A stretch of DNA of 64,000 nucleotides from positions 160,001-224,000 of the forward strand of contig JBFMHR010000005.1 in assembly GCA_040751795.1 (NCBI GenBank), in the 5' to 3' direction. The notes beneath the pieces are model-generated. The model did no database searches, was not told the DNA's origin, and was given only the letters and a program-made list of their open reading frames with translations. Position 1 is the stretch's first letter. Every line of letters begins with the position of its first letter. This document shows positions 10,665 to 21,075 of the stretch, piece after piece. Position numbers and translations under genes: made by a program. The DNA is from Thermoplasmatota archaeon (GTDB lineage: Archaea; Thermoplasmatota; Thermoplasmata; UBA10834).

Positions 10665-13604
10665 ATGAGCACCGACCCAACCGAGGAGCTCAGCTGTCCT
10701 CATTGCGGATGCCGAGTACCAGGGCGGGAGGGCAACTGCCCCGAGTGCGGGCGCAAGTTGACTGAGGACGCACAGCTGAGGTGCCCTTACTGCAAGAACG
10801 GCGTGCAGTCCACCGACTCGACGTGCTCGGTCTGCGGGATGTCCCTCCCGAGGCTGTCGGGCGGCGCCGCCCCCGGGGCGAAGGGGGAGAGGCCGAAGGG
10901 GCAGCCCAAGAAGGCCGGGAAGGGGAAGCAGAAGAAGCCAGCGGCCGCTGACGATCCGCCCGCGGACGGGGCGCCCGGGGAGGATCTCTCGCTCTGCCCG
11001 GTCTGCAGGACGAAGATCAGGAAGACCGACAGGGCCTGCGGCACCTGCGGCGCCGAGTTCGAGGCCGATGAGAACGGCAGGGGCGAGAAGGGGCCGGAGA
11101 AGGAGGCCGCGCCCCAGGCCGACGGCGGCCCGTCCCAGGAGGAGCTGGCCGACTGCCCCATGTGCGGCGCGCTGGTGTCCATCGCCGACCCGAAGTGCCC
11201 CAAGTGCGGCGCGGAGTTCGAGCCCGAGGCCCCGGTCGAGGTCCATGTCAAGTCCATCAGGCCGGTGCCCAAGGGCGCCGGTGGCGAGGCGGCGTGCCCG
11301 ATATGCGAGTCGACGGTGAGCACGGCCGACAGATCGTGCCCGTTCTGCGGAGCGGAGTTCGAGGCCGAGGGGGAGGCCGCCTCGGTGATGGCGTGGCCAG
11401 CCCCGGAGGGCCAGCCCGCCCAGGCGCCCGCCGCCGACGACGTGTCGTGCCCGGTCTGCGCCCGCATAGTCGGCTCCGAGGTCACATCATGCCCCTTCTG
11501 CGGCGCGGAGTTCGAGGAGGAGGCCCCGACGGCCCCGGCCGGCTTCGTACCCAACTACGGGCCCGAGCTGGCGGACGACGAGGTCCTGTGCCCCGTGTGC
11601 GGCAACAGGGTCGGGGGCGAGGTCCCGGCCTGCCCGTACTGCAACGCGCAGTTCGAGGAGGGCGAGGTCGAGGAGGTCGCCGCGCCCGCATCGCCGGGGA
11701 TACTCAGGCCAGCTTCGGCCCGCGCGGGGGACACCAGGCGGGGCATATCCAACGGCACCAGCGCCATCAACGGCGTCAGCCTCGTGAACGGCGTCGGCCA
11801 GGCGGCCGGCCCCAGCAGGATCAACGGGACGGGCGCCACGAACGGCATGGACCTCATCAACGGGAGGGGCGTGTCCAACGGCGTCGGCGCCATAAACGGC
11901 AGGAGGCCCAACGGCTCGAGGAGGCGGCAGGCCGCCTTCCTGAAGAGGTGGCAGCTCCTGGTGATATTCATCGTCTTCGCGCTCGCGCTCCCGGCGGTGC
12001 TGTTCTTCACGTTCGACAGGGACGAGGCCCCGTTCACGGTGGACGGCGGCTTCGACGACTGGGAGGACGTGGCGAGGCTCACATCGCTCGCAGAGGCGGA
12101 GTCGCCCTCGATCAACGTGGTCGAGTGGTCCATAGCCGTGCACGCCAGCACGGTGTACCTCTACCTCGAGACCGAGGCCCCCACGATGGCGGGGGAACGG
12201 GTCGAGGGCTTCGTCCTGTTCATTGACACGGACGGCTCCGCCGACACGGGGTACGACCTCGCGGACATAGGCGCGGACGTCATGGTCGAGCTCCAGGGCT
12301 GGAACGGCTCCGCGGAGGTCTCCGTGTGCTCGATATACGACGACTCCGAGGACCGGCTGGACTGGAACTCGTGGAGGCCCTGCGGCGGGGTGGTGTCGTC
12401 CGTGGACGGCCAGAGGCTCGAGGCGTCCGCGAAGGTCCCCCTGGCCGTGAACGGCACATCGGAGGTCGTCCTGGTCTCGATGGACGAGGACGGGGCCGGC
12501 TGCCAGAGCTGCGCCGTGCCGATAGAGGGCAGCGTCCTGCTGGTGGAGCAGTCCCCGTCGGAGGACCTGGCCGAGGACGGCGTCCTCGACTACGGGGCCG
12601 AGGTCCTCGTGTCGACCCTCACATTCACATGCCTCCGCGAGGCGGGCACCGTCGAATCGGTGTCGCCGGAGCTCGCGGGCGTCCCCCTGCTGGAGGGGAT
12701 CGAGCCCTTCGCGCTGGAGCCCGGTCTGGAGGTGGAGGTCGAGCTGTGGGTCGACGCCACGTCCCTCACCGCGGGCGACCTCGTCTCCGCCGAGCTGACG
12801 GCCGAGGGCGTCCAGTCTTCCTTCTCCTATGTGCAGGTGACCGGGAAGGGCACCAGGGCCTACGCGTACGCCCCGCCCGCCGGGATATCGGTGGACGGAG
12901 CCTTCGCCGACTGGACGGGCCTGACGGTCGCGGACGTCGACGAGGAGCCCGTCGAGAACCCGGACATCGACATAGGCGAGGTGGGCGGCTTCAACGACAC
13001 CGCGGCCTCTTACTTCTACGTGGGCGTGGAGGGCGGGCTCTTCATGGGCGCATACTTCCCCGAGTCGTGCTCCAAGCCGGGCGAGGGCGGCGGGAACGGG
13101 ACGGTCGTGCCCGTGAGGAGGACCGGGGAGGACCTGATGACGATCTACGTCGACACCGACAGGGACGCCTCCACGGGCCTCAGGGTGGGGACGGGCCCGG
13201 CGTCGGTGGGCGCCGAGATGATGGTCGAGGTCACGGGCCTGATGGGCGAGGTCAAGGCCTCTTCGCTGAGCGAGTACGCGGACGGCGAGTGGGCCGAGGT
13301 CCCCGCCGACATCGACGTGGGCACGGACGCGGCCAGGATGGAGATAGGCATAGGCGCCGACGACCTGGGCGCGCCGGGCGAGGTGGACTTCCTTGTCATC
13401 ACGACCGACTGGAGGAAGTCGCAGGACCTCGCGGTGTTCATCGCGTCGGAGGCGACGGCGGGCAGGTCGCTCGACCTGCCTGGCACGGACTACTACTTCC
13501 CGGGGCCGATGACCGAGGACATGCCGGAGTTCGGAAATCTCGTTCTGCCAGTCATCTTCGTGATGCTGTTCTTCGTGCTCTTGAGCAGACGTATTCGGAA
13601 ATAA
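10665..13604 (+). CDS. Membrane protein with 7 double-zinc-ribbon repeats, NG repeats, a TM helix, an acidic extracellular region and a PEF-CTERM sorting signal
   Basis: Seven CxxC-x10-CxxC units, (I/V/T/S)NG repeats, TM segment WQLLVIFIVFALALPAVLFF, two DGxFxDW domains, C-terminus MPEFGNLVLPVIFVMLFFVLLSRRIRK. Confidence 0.85.
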   Translation: MSTDPTEELSCPHCGCRVPGREGNCPECGRKLTEDAQLRCPYCKNGVQSTDSTCSVCGMSLPRLSGGAAPGAKGERPKGQPKKAGKGKQKKPAAADDPPADGAPGEDLSLCPVCRTKIRKTDRACGTCGAEFEADENGRGEKGPEKEAAPQADGGPSQEELADCPMCGALVSIADPKCPKCGAEFEPEAPVEVHVKSIRPVPKGAGGEAACPICESTVSTADRSCPFCGAEFEAEGEAASVMAWPAPEGQPAQAPAADDVSCPVCARIVGSEVTSCPFCGAEFEEEAPTAPAGFVPNYGPELADDEVLCPVCGNRVGGEVPACPYCNAQFEEGEVEEVAAPASPGILRPASARAGDTRRGISNGTSAINGVSLVNGVGQAAGPSRINGTGATNGMDLINGRGVSNGVGAINGRRPNGSRRRQAAFLKRWQLLVIFIVFALALPAVLFFTFDRDEAPFTVDGGFDDWEDVARLTSLAEAESPSINVVEWSIAVHASTVYLYLETEAPTMAGERVEGFVLFIDTDGSADTGYDLADIGADVMVELQGWNGSAEVSVCSIYDDSEDRLDWNSWRPCGGVVSSVDGQRLEASAKVPLAVNGTSEVVLVSMDEDGAGCQSCAVPIEGSVLLVEQSPSEDLAEDGVLDYGAEVLVSTLTFTCLREAGTVESVSPELAGVPLLEGIEPFALEPGLEVEVELWVDATSLTAGDLVSAELTAEGVQSSFSYVQVTGKGTRAYAYAPPAGISVDGAFADWTGLTVADVDEEPVENPDIDIGEVGGFNDTAASYFYVGVEGGLFMGAYFPESCSKPGEGGGNGTVVPVRRTGEDLMTIYVDTDRDASTGLRVGTGPASVGAEMMVEVTGLMGEVKASSLSEYADGEWAEVPADIDVGTDAARMEIGIGADDLGAPGEVDFLVITTDWRKSQDLAVFIASEATAGRSLDLPGTDYYFPGPMTEDMPEFGNLVLPVIFVMLFFVLLSRRIRK

Positions 13605-14119
13605 TGCCGATTCTCCCGTCCCACCCAGAACAATAGCAGGTCACGCTCAGATGCATGTGTTGATGTCACGGACTTGCGCCTGTCAGAAACCGCATCGGAC
13701 CCTTGTGAGTGACAGAATTGCAGATGCCTAGTGCAATCATTCTGTGAGTGTGCTGCATGAAGTGGGGAAGGGTCTTCTCTCATTCATACAACCCCTTCTC
13801 TTGATTGCCAGATTCGAAATCCACAGGCCGTGATTGGACTGAGTGCGTTCCCCTGTATTGGTTGCAGGGGGAATTCGTGGATTAGCTCGGCCCAGTATGG
13901 TCGGACTGACTTCTCTCTGCATTGACCAGATGCTCAGGAGCCCTCTATGCACGGAGAATGAGGGTGAATGACCGGTGACTGCACCTAGCGCACACAGACG
14001 AGTGCGATTAGGTACAGCTTCCCGGGTCGCTCGTACGCCTTCAATCAAGCGTCTTCTTGATAGGTTCCTTTCCATGGAGCTGAATAAGAAATCATCATAT
14101 CGTGAAAGGGCGTACGGTG

Positions 14120-15367
14120 ATGAAGTCTATGGGCGCGTCATTCCTTCAAGCGTGCAGTCGCATTCTCAGGGTATTTGCTGGCCCCCTGCACCGCAATACC
14201 TTCTACATCGCAACCAGCAAGTTGTTGAATACAGGTGCTGGGTTCGTATTCTGGGTTCTCGCGGCTAGATTCTATCAGATTGGCGAAGTAGGAATCGCCT
14301 CAGTCATGATTTCCACGTTGGGTCTGGTGATGATGTTCTCTCGTTTCGGGTTGGACTATTCAGTAGTCCGATTCCTGCCATGCGGGAACAAGACGAAGGT
14401 CTTCAACACATGCCTTTGGATTACCACGCTATCAGCTTTCATGTTCGCAGTCATCGGAGGAAGCCTATTGTCATTGATGTCCTCAGACACCACCATTCTG
14501 GCATCATTCGGAGCAATCATCATATTTGCTATGATTGCCACCGCGGAATCGATGGCGCTCGTGTCTGGCAATGCCCTCAACGGACTCAGGAAGTCCAGAG
14601 CGTATTTCCTCACGAACGCCTTCCTGATGTCTAGGATTCTGTGCCTATTTCTGCTTGTGGGAATTGGCGCTCTCGGAATAGTCGGATCTATCGGCATTGC
14701 CTACGCAATTACAGGAATCCTGTCGTTGATAGTCTTAAGCAGATACCTCCATCTGAAATTTGCCATCGACAGGGCTTTTCTCAGAGATTCCTTCAGATTC
14801 TCGTCAATGAACTATGTTGCTAATGTACTATTCAACGCGACTACCCTCACACTTCCAATCCTAGTCCTTGGCATGACTGATGAAACTGGCGCAGCATGGT
14901 ATTTCGTATCCTTCTCAGTGGCCGGCCTGTTGCTTGTCGTCCCGGATTCATTGAGTATGTCTGTGCTAGTCGAAGGCAGCCATGGCGTTAATCTGTCTAT
15001 ATGTGCTAAACAGGCAGCAACTACGGCAATGCTAGTTCTTATTCCTGCAAGTGCGTGCTTCTGGTTTTTCGGTCGGAATCTCCTTGCTTTGTTCGGGAAT
15101 CAGTATGTGGATGCCACTGAGCTCCTAAGGATACTTGCAGTCACCAGTCCACTTGTCGCGTTGTACTTGATCTACATATCGATCCAGAATGTCAGGTATC
15201 GAGTGATGAGCCTAGTCAAGACCAACTTGGCGAGATTCATTTCAATAATCACGTTGAGCTATATCCTGGTCGGGCAAATGGGCGTGATTGGCGTCGGGTA
15301 TGCTTGGTTGATTACTCATGTCGGATTGGCAGTCCTTGTCATGAGTGTCTTTAGACACAGAATCTAG
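14120..15367 (+). CDS. Oligosaccharide flippase (Wzx/RfbX-like, MOP family)
   Basis: About 12 TM segments; GFVFWVLAARFY..EVGIAS, FGLDYSVVRFLP, GVIGVGYAWL. Confidence 0.88.
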   Translation: MKSMGASFLQACSRILRVFAGPLHRNTFYIATSKLLNTGAGFVFWVLAARFYQIGEVGIASVMISTLGLVMMFSRFGLDYSVVRFLPCGNKTKVFNTCLWITTLSAFMFAVIGGSLLSLMSSDTTILASFGAIIIFAMIATAESMALVSGNALNGLRKSRAYFLTNAFLMSRILCLFLLVGIGALGIVGSIGIAYAITGILSLIVLSRYLHLKFAIDRAFLRDSFRFSSMNYVANVLFNATTLTLPILVLGMTDETGAAWYFVSFSVAGLLLVVPDSLSMSVLVEGSHGVNLSICAKQAATTAMLVLIPASACFWFFGRNLLALFGNQYVDATELLRILAVTSPLVALYLIYISIQNVRYRVMSLVKTNLARFISIITLSYILVGQMGVIGVGYAWLITHVGLAVLVMSVFRHRI

Positions 15368-15564
15368 CACCGCGCTCACTTACCTTGATACCAGGAGAAT
15401 CAATCAACTGTCCGGAATGGATGCCATCGATTGACGCCACTCTGTTCGCATAGCTGTGGTGTCATGTGGTCGGGCAGGAGTGGCCCAAGGTTGCGAGATT
15501 GAATCCATGTCGGATGCTTTCATCCGATCATTGTCTCCAGCCATCATTTCTCATTATTCGTTAT

Positions 15565-17400
15565 CTATTGATTCGGAATCGCGTAGACATAGTACAGGTC
15601 GAATTCTCCGTTGCTGTAAATGGATGCCGCGTTAGTGCAATTCTCGAGCGCATAGAAGTCGTCAGCCACGAATCTATCTCTCGTCGTCCATACTTCGGTA
15701 TAGGCAGTGATGTCGTATTGGGTGACCAGCAGGTATCTGTCCCTGTCGAATTGCAGAACACTCTCTCCAAGATTGGAGAATCCAAAATGGTCCGGCACGA
15801 TGAAATTGCGCTGCAAATCTGGTCTGGCCTCTGTTGATTCATGGCCGAAGATCAAATCTGAGAACCGTTCAACCGGACTAGCGATATCCGCTGTAGTAAT
15901 AGTCCGATTCTTCTCCTCAATCAACCATTGCATACCCCAGATATCGGAGATACTGACTTGGTTGTTGGCGCTAGATGTGAACGGAGACGGATAAGCAGAA
16001 AAGATTGTCGCTACAGTAAGAATGGTGATAACGACAAGGACCGCTCTCGGCTTCCGTCTGAGCCTGACATGTTTTCGGACGCACTCGGGAGGTACAGAGT
16101 TGGCCGGAGATGAGAGCAGAACTGCGACAAGGGGCACGGTCAGCAAGATTACCCCATTGAGATTCAAGAGCCTGTGTAGAACGTGAGCTCTCGTGAGTAG
16201 CATGGCCGCTCCAAGGAGGAGGCTTCCTCCAATGATACAGGCTCCTATTGGCAAGAGCTTCATGAATTGGTCGGATTTGCGGCATCTTGATGACGATCTC
16301 ATGATTTGGAATATTGCCACTAGCGCCATCAGCATATAGACAATCTCATCTCCGAGCATCAGCAAGCTGGATACCGCAAAATCTGCCAATGAGAGGTTCG
16401 CGAGCAGGTCCTGTGTCTTGGAGAATGAGCTCGGTGAATCATTCATGCCAAGGGCCTGAGAAATGATAGATGCGGACAATTCTATGAGTCTGGGCGATTG
16501 AATCACCCAATATGCGAAAACGATCCCTCCAAAGAGGAGGACGAAGGTGAGGTTGCCTCTCCCACACTTCCATCCGTGGGCGAGTCTCCTGTGACTGGCG
16601 ACAATTATGATCAGGAAAGAAGCTGCCAGCATCGCGACGTATGGATGGTACAATGGAAGAATCACTACCCACAGAATCGCCAGAAATCTAAATAGTGCAC
16701 TCTCACTTCTTATGAGGAAGTAGATGAACAGAGGCAGAGTCATGGTTGCCAGGAACATGAAATATAGACTCGTGGCATACCCGGCGAAGAAGATTGGTGA
16801 CGCGGCCGCCAAGGATGAGAACAAATACGCCCTTCCTATTCCCATCGATTTGGCGATGCAGTAGATTGACAGCACGTAGACGACCATGAATAGACATGGC
16901 ACAAACGCGGATGCCACCACATCCGGCACTGCGGCGATTTGCGAGATCCCGGAGATTAGAATGGCTGGCAATGGATATGGGTTAGTTTCTGAGTAGTATC
17001 CAAGTGTTGTGACGTCTTTTGCCATGCCAATATATGTAGCAGAATCCCCCCTCCCCATGTATGCGAAGTATCCTCTGAACGAATGCAATGAGATGGTCAG
17101 GCAATTAGCGAGGATAATGAAGCACACGCCAATGAGCCAGAATGGTTTTCCCCCGCCAGAATTGCCTGTCACTATTAGTGCAATTCCCATTACATCCACA
17201 ATAATGACGGCGATCCAGAATAGCCACGGGGTGAATACATAGATTGATGATTCATATCCCGTAGCAGGTGCATGTATGGCCGCGGCGAGTCCCACGATGA
17301 GAAGCGAGAGGGCCGCCGCAGATGCAACGGCGGTCAGTCGGGTTCGGATTCTAGGCTCTCTCATGCAATATCTCAGTCTGTGAAGTCCGGACTCTGACAT
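15565..17400 (-). CDS. Polytopic membrane protein (GT-C / polymerase-like) of a glycosylation locus
   Basis: Many TM helices, GYESSIY and GRGDSATYIG loops, soluble C-terminus ending IYSNGEFDLY. Start uncertain. Confidence 0.65.
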   Translation of the reverse strand: MSESGLHRLRYCMREPRIRTRLTAVASAAALSLLIVGLAAAIHAPATGYESSIYVFTPWLFWIAVIIVDVMGIALIVTGNSGGGKPFWLIGVCFIILANCLTISLHSFRGYFAYMGRGDSATYIGMAKDVTTLGYYSETNPYPLPAILISGISQIAAVPDVVASAFVPCLFMVVYVLSIYCIAKSMGIGRAYLFSSLAAASPIFFAGYATSLYFMFLATMTLPLFIYFLIRSESALFRFLAILWVVILPLYHPYVAMLAASFLIIIVASHRRLAHGWKCGRGNLTFVLLFGGIVFAYWVIQSPRLIELSASIISQALGMNDSPSSFSKTQDLLANLSLADFAVSSLLMLGDEIVYMLMALVAIFQIMRSSSRCRKSDQFMKLLPIGACIIGGSLLLGAAMLLTRAHVLHRLLNLNGVILLTVPLVAVLLSSPANSVPPECVRKHVRLRRKPRAVLVVITILTVATIFSAYPSPFTSSANNQVSISDIWGMQWLIEEKNRTITTADIASPVERFSDLIFGHESTEARPDLQRNFIVPDHFGFSNLGESVLQFDRDRYLLVTQYDITAYTEVWTTRDRFVADDFYALENCTNAASIYSNGEFDLYYVYAIPNQ

Positions 17401-17679
17401 TGGCGCCCCCTTCTGGATTGTGCTGACAGGAAGATGATATTTCTCTTGCTCAGTCCCTGGTCTGCCCAGACTCCTCTGCCCAAGGATCGTATTCGATACG
17501 ATGTCATTGCTGTTCGAGTCGTCATGAATTCCGCTCGACGGGCTGAGAACGAGTCTCCCGTAGATATCACTTGTTGCCCGAGCTAGCCTCGGCATACTCG
17601 AGGTGGGTTGTTTCTGGATTTGGTTTTCGTGCATGCGTCATTATCGTCAGCATGCACTAGTTGCGGAGTGAATCAAGGT

Positions 17680-18783
17680 TCAGGAATCAGTCGTGTCCAT
17701 GACCTTAGTTGGTTTCGATTTCGCAACGGTCATGTAGATGTCTATGTACCGGTTTGCGATGAGGCTCCAGCTGTATTTAGATCCGTATTCCGCGATTCTA
17801 CGGCAATCCCATGCTCTGGATAGTCCCACTTCAATCTGTGCGCTCAACTCTGTAGGGCTGCTGGCGTCATAGAGGGAACCAAGGAACTCATGCACTATTA
17901 TCTCGGGAATACCGCCGACTCTTGTGCTTATCACAGGTCTGCCGGACCCAAACGCCTCAAAGAGTACCGTGGGATTTCCTTCGCTAATGCTCGAAATGAC
18001 CACTACATCAGCTGCTCCAATCCAGCGAGGTATGTCCTCGTGGGGTACTTTGCCTGTGAACAACACACTCTCTGCGAGGTCGAGTTCTGTTACCTGGTTC
18101 CTGAGGTTACTCTCCATTGGACCTTCGCCGATGATCACGCACAAAGTATCTTGATGCTTCTGTTTCAATCGACCCAAAGCGTCTATCAATACTGATTGTC
18201 CCTTGACTTCAAGAAGATTCGAGACGTTGCAAATCATTTTCGCACTGTGTGGAAGATTGAGATGCCTTCGGCAATCTGCCTGATTCCTCTGATGGAACAA
18301 TCGCTGATCGTACGCATTTGGAATGTACACGACTCTTTCTTCCGCCCAAGGGAAAGCGTGGGTGATATCGCATGCCATCTTCTGCGAAATCGCAACAAAG
18401 GAATCTGCTCTTGCCAAGACTGTGCCGAATAGCAGGCGGTGTGTTCTGATGAATGACGCACTTCTGCCGTGATGGAATCCAACCACGAGTCTCTTGTTCA
18501 GAATGGCAGTGCAATAAGCTGCCGTTACAGCTCCTATGAAACTCAACACCCCCCCAGATGCTTGGACATGCACTACATCATAGGTCTTGTGATGCCGAAA
18601 GAGATGGAGGGCGAGGCCAATGCTCCTGAAATATACTCTGGATGGCCGAGGTCGGCCAACAGCCGCCTCTCCTTGAGAGAAACAGCAGAGGTCCGCATGA
18701 ACGCCTTTCGCCACAAGTTCTCGATACAGATTCCTAGTATGGATAGACACTCCGCCAGATTCTGAGCAGGGACCACATATCAT
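17680..18783 (-). CDS. Glycosyltransferase family 4
   Basis: GGVSIH, KGQSVLIDA, IIGEGP, SEGNPTVLFEAFGSGRPVISTRVGGIPE; ATG overlaps the upstream stop (TGATG). Confidence 0.88.
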   Translation of the reverse strand: MICGPCSESGGVSIHTRNLYRELVAKGVHADLCCFSQGEAAVGRPRPSRVYFRSIGLALHLFRHHKTYDVVHVQASGGVLSFIGAVTAAYCTAILNKRLVVGFHHGRSASFIRTHRLLFGTVLARADSFVAISQKMACDITHAFPWAEERVVYIPNAYDQRLFHQRNQADCRRHLNLPHSAKMICNVSNLLEVKGQSVLIDALGRLKQKHQDTLCVIIGEGPMESNLRNQVTELDLAESVLFTGKVPHEDIPRWIGAADVVVISSISEGNPTVLFEAFGSGRPVISTRVGGIPEIIVHEFLGSLYDASSPTELSAQIEVGLSRAWDCRRIAEYGSKYSWSLIANRYIDIYMTVAKSKPTKVMDTTDS

Positions 18784-20027
18784 CACTCTGGGTGTTTTAC
18801 CGCCGTGTCTTCCAGTGTCGCCAGAGCTAACATCATCCACGCTTGGTTCCACCTCATGTAGGGAATGCTGTTTGACAGTATGGGATACTTCCTGAATATA
18901 AAGTAGCCTCGGTCTACCCACATATTCCGAATAGTCCAATCGGCTATCGTCAGTGCAAGATCAAGATAGGTAGGTATTATGAATCCTAGTGTTGAGAACG
19001 TGATTATCCCTTGAGCTTGATTATGAATGTCAACGGGGTAATTAGCCGGCGGTCTATACAGAGACCGTCCATCCGCAGTGAACATCACTGAGGAGTAGAA
19101 TGATGCGCCGTTCATGAGGGCCGTTCTTATCCTATCATCGCAATGATGGCTCCGGTTCCTAACGTGAGCGGATAACGCCTCAACCATGTATCCTTGATGG
19201 AAATCGAGTTGAATCCTCTTCTTCCCGTTAGAGTATTCACTATAGTGCCAGCTACCATCCAGGCTCTGCTTCTGTACGATGAACCTCGCTAGTTCGCGAA
19301 TGCAATCATCATATGGATTCTTCCAGGATTTCTGTTCTAGCTCTATGAGCGCCTGTAGAGCTTTCGCTGATGCATTCAGAACAACCCTGTTGGTTTCGGC
19401 GGGGTGGTACTTGCAGTATGTCCCATGCTGAGATTCTTCCAGCAATTCTGAGACTAGAAACTGCGCTGCATCCTCCGCCATATCTAGCCAATGGCGTTCT
19501 CTTGTTGCTGAATAGCCTGCAGACAGAGCTCTGATTGCCTCACATGTTCCGATGGCATCAGGGACGTCAGGCCCGAGAACACCTCCGTCTGCTCCTCTGA
19601 ACTTGAAGTAATGGGATGCCCAGCAATGGAACCCCACACTGCCACGAAGGCTTGTGGATTCCAGGTGATTCAGGCAGTCCAGCAAGTGATTCCTATCTTC
19701 ATTGATAGCGCGGAATTCGCATAGTCTCGCATAGGCTTGGGCAAACAGGGCACTTCCTTTGACATCTCTTCCTTTCTCAACCCTCAATGGTCTCCGCAGA
19801 TTCACCGGTGAACGTTTCATTACCTGAATTGCCAAGTTCTCAAGAAGGGGAAGTTCGCGTGTGACCATCCGGAGGACATGGGAATTCAAGGCGTCGTAAG
19901 GATCCCATCCAGCGAATCCTTGTCTGCTTGCCCATGCGCTGACCGCATCGATGTATCCCTTCCACGAATCACTGCAAATGCGGTCATTGACCCTTCCGGA
20001 CTCCCTTGGCCACTGCAGTTGCATCAT
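18783..20027 (-). CDS. Conserved polysaccharide-locus protein, predicted (alpha/alpha) toroid, function unknown
   Basis: GWDPYDALNS, QSLDGSWHY, DFHQGY, YPVDIHNQAQGIITF, IPYMRWNQAWM. Confidence 0.65.
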   Translation of the reverse strand: MMQLQWPRESGRVNDRICSDSWKGYIDAVSAWASRQGFAGWDPYDALNSHVLRMVTRELPLLENLAIQVMKRSPVNLRRPLRVEKGRDVKGSALFAQAYARLCEFRAINEDRNHLLDCLNHLESTSLRGSVGFHCWASHYFKFRGADGGVLGPDVPDAIGTCEAIRALSAGYSATRERHWLDMAEDAAQFLVSELLEESQHGTYCKYHPAETNRVVLNASAKALQALIELEQKSWKNPYDDCIRELARFIVQKQSLDGSWHYSEYSNGKKRIQLDFHQGYMVEALSAHVRNRSHHCDDRIRTALMNGASFYSSVMFTADGRSLYRPPANYPVDIHNQAQGIITFSTLGFIIPTYLDLALTIADWTIRNMWVDRGYFIFRKYPILSNSIPYMRWNQAWMMLALATLEDTAVKHPE

Positions 20028-20299
20028 TCTGATATTCCACCGGTCGGTATTCAGATACTACAGATAAAATCTACCCCCTGCTAATCTGTGCCAGAGCGAC
20101 ATTCTCTGATGAATGGTTCTCAGGTTCCCCAAGGCCTGATCGTGCTGATATCATGAACATCTTCCCGTTATTCTCTACCGCGTTCAGATGGTGATTGTGA
20201 ATGTGCAGCCAGAAAGGTAGTGACGATATATCACGAAAATCCTAAATCACCCCTGCTCCATACGACTCACATCAGCGTGAAAGTGCGAGGGAGTCCTGT

Positions 20300-21037
20300 T
20301 TGTATCGAGGTAAGACCGTTGGTGTGGTAGTGCCGGCCCTAAATGAGGAACTCCTCATTGGCACAACAATCACCACAATTCCTGAGTGTGTAGACTGTAT
20401 CTTTGTTATAGACGATGGTTCAACCGATAGCACATCACTCGTTGTTCAACGTGTTCAGGACAGTCGCATTTGTCTGCTTCGTCACGAATCAAACAAAGGA
20501 GTTGGCGCGTCAATTGCCGCGGGTTACTCAGCGGCTCTTGCCAGGAACATCGACATTGTTGCAGTGATGGCTGGCGATAATCAGATGGACCCAGATCATC
20601 TGGCAGATTTGCTGGACCCCCTCATAGACGACAGAGCTGACTACTCAAAGGGCAACCGCTTATCCGATAAGGAATCCAGACACGAAATGCCAGGATGGAG
20701 ATGCTTTGGCAATTTCATCCTGACATTGATGACGAAAGCCGCATCGGGTCTCTGGCACATCTCCGACTCTCAGAATGGATACACGGCCATATCGAGATCT
20801 GCACTGGCATCCATAGATCTGGAGAGGATTTATCCCTACTATGGGTACTGCAATGATGTTCTGATTAAGCTAGGTGCCAATGGCATGCGCGTTGTTGATG
20901 TCGCAATTCCCGCCCGGTATGGTTCTGAAGTGTCCAAGATACGCTACTTTCGATTCGCGGCAAGGGTAGGTCCTTTGATTGTTCGAGGAGGGGTGTCTCG
21001 ATGGACTCGCAGACACATGAGCTGGTTCCTTGATTGA
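20300..21037 (+). CDS. Glycosyltransferase family 2 (DPM synthase-like)
   Basis: VVVPALNEE, VIDDGSTD, NKGVGA, MAGDNQMDP, DYSKGNR, ISDSQNGY. Confidence 0.9.
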   Translation: MYRGKTVGVVVPALNEELLIGTTITTIPECVDCIFVIDDGSTDSTSLVVQRVQDSRICLLRHESNKGVGASIAAGYSAALARNIDIVAVMAGDNQMDPDHLADLLDPLIDDRADYSKGNRLSDKESRHEMPGWRCFGNFILTLMTKAASGLWHISDSQNGYTAISRSALASIDLERIYPYYGYCNDVLIKLGANGMRVVDVAIPARYGSEVSKIRYFRFAARVGPLIVRGGVSRWTRRHMSWFLD

Positions 21038-21075
21038 CCCCCCTGAGGAAATGGTGCCAGTTGGGAGCATCGAAG

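Noticed and set aside
13604-14100. tRNA or att site, or small genes, at the left island border
   Set aside because: No cloverleaf, direct repeat or convincing ORF is visible; the short ORFs have no motifs.
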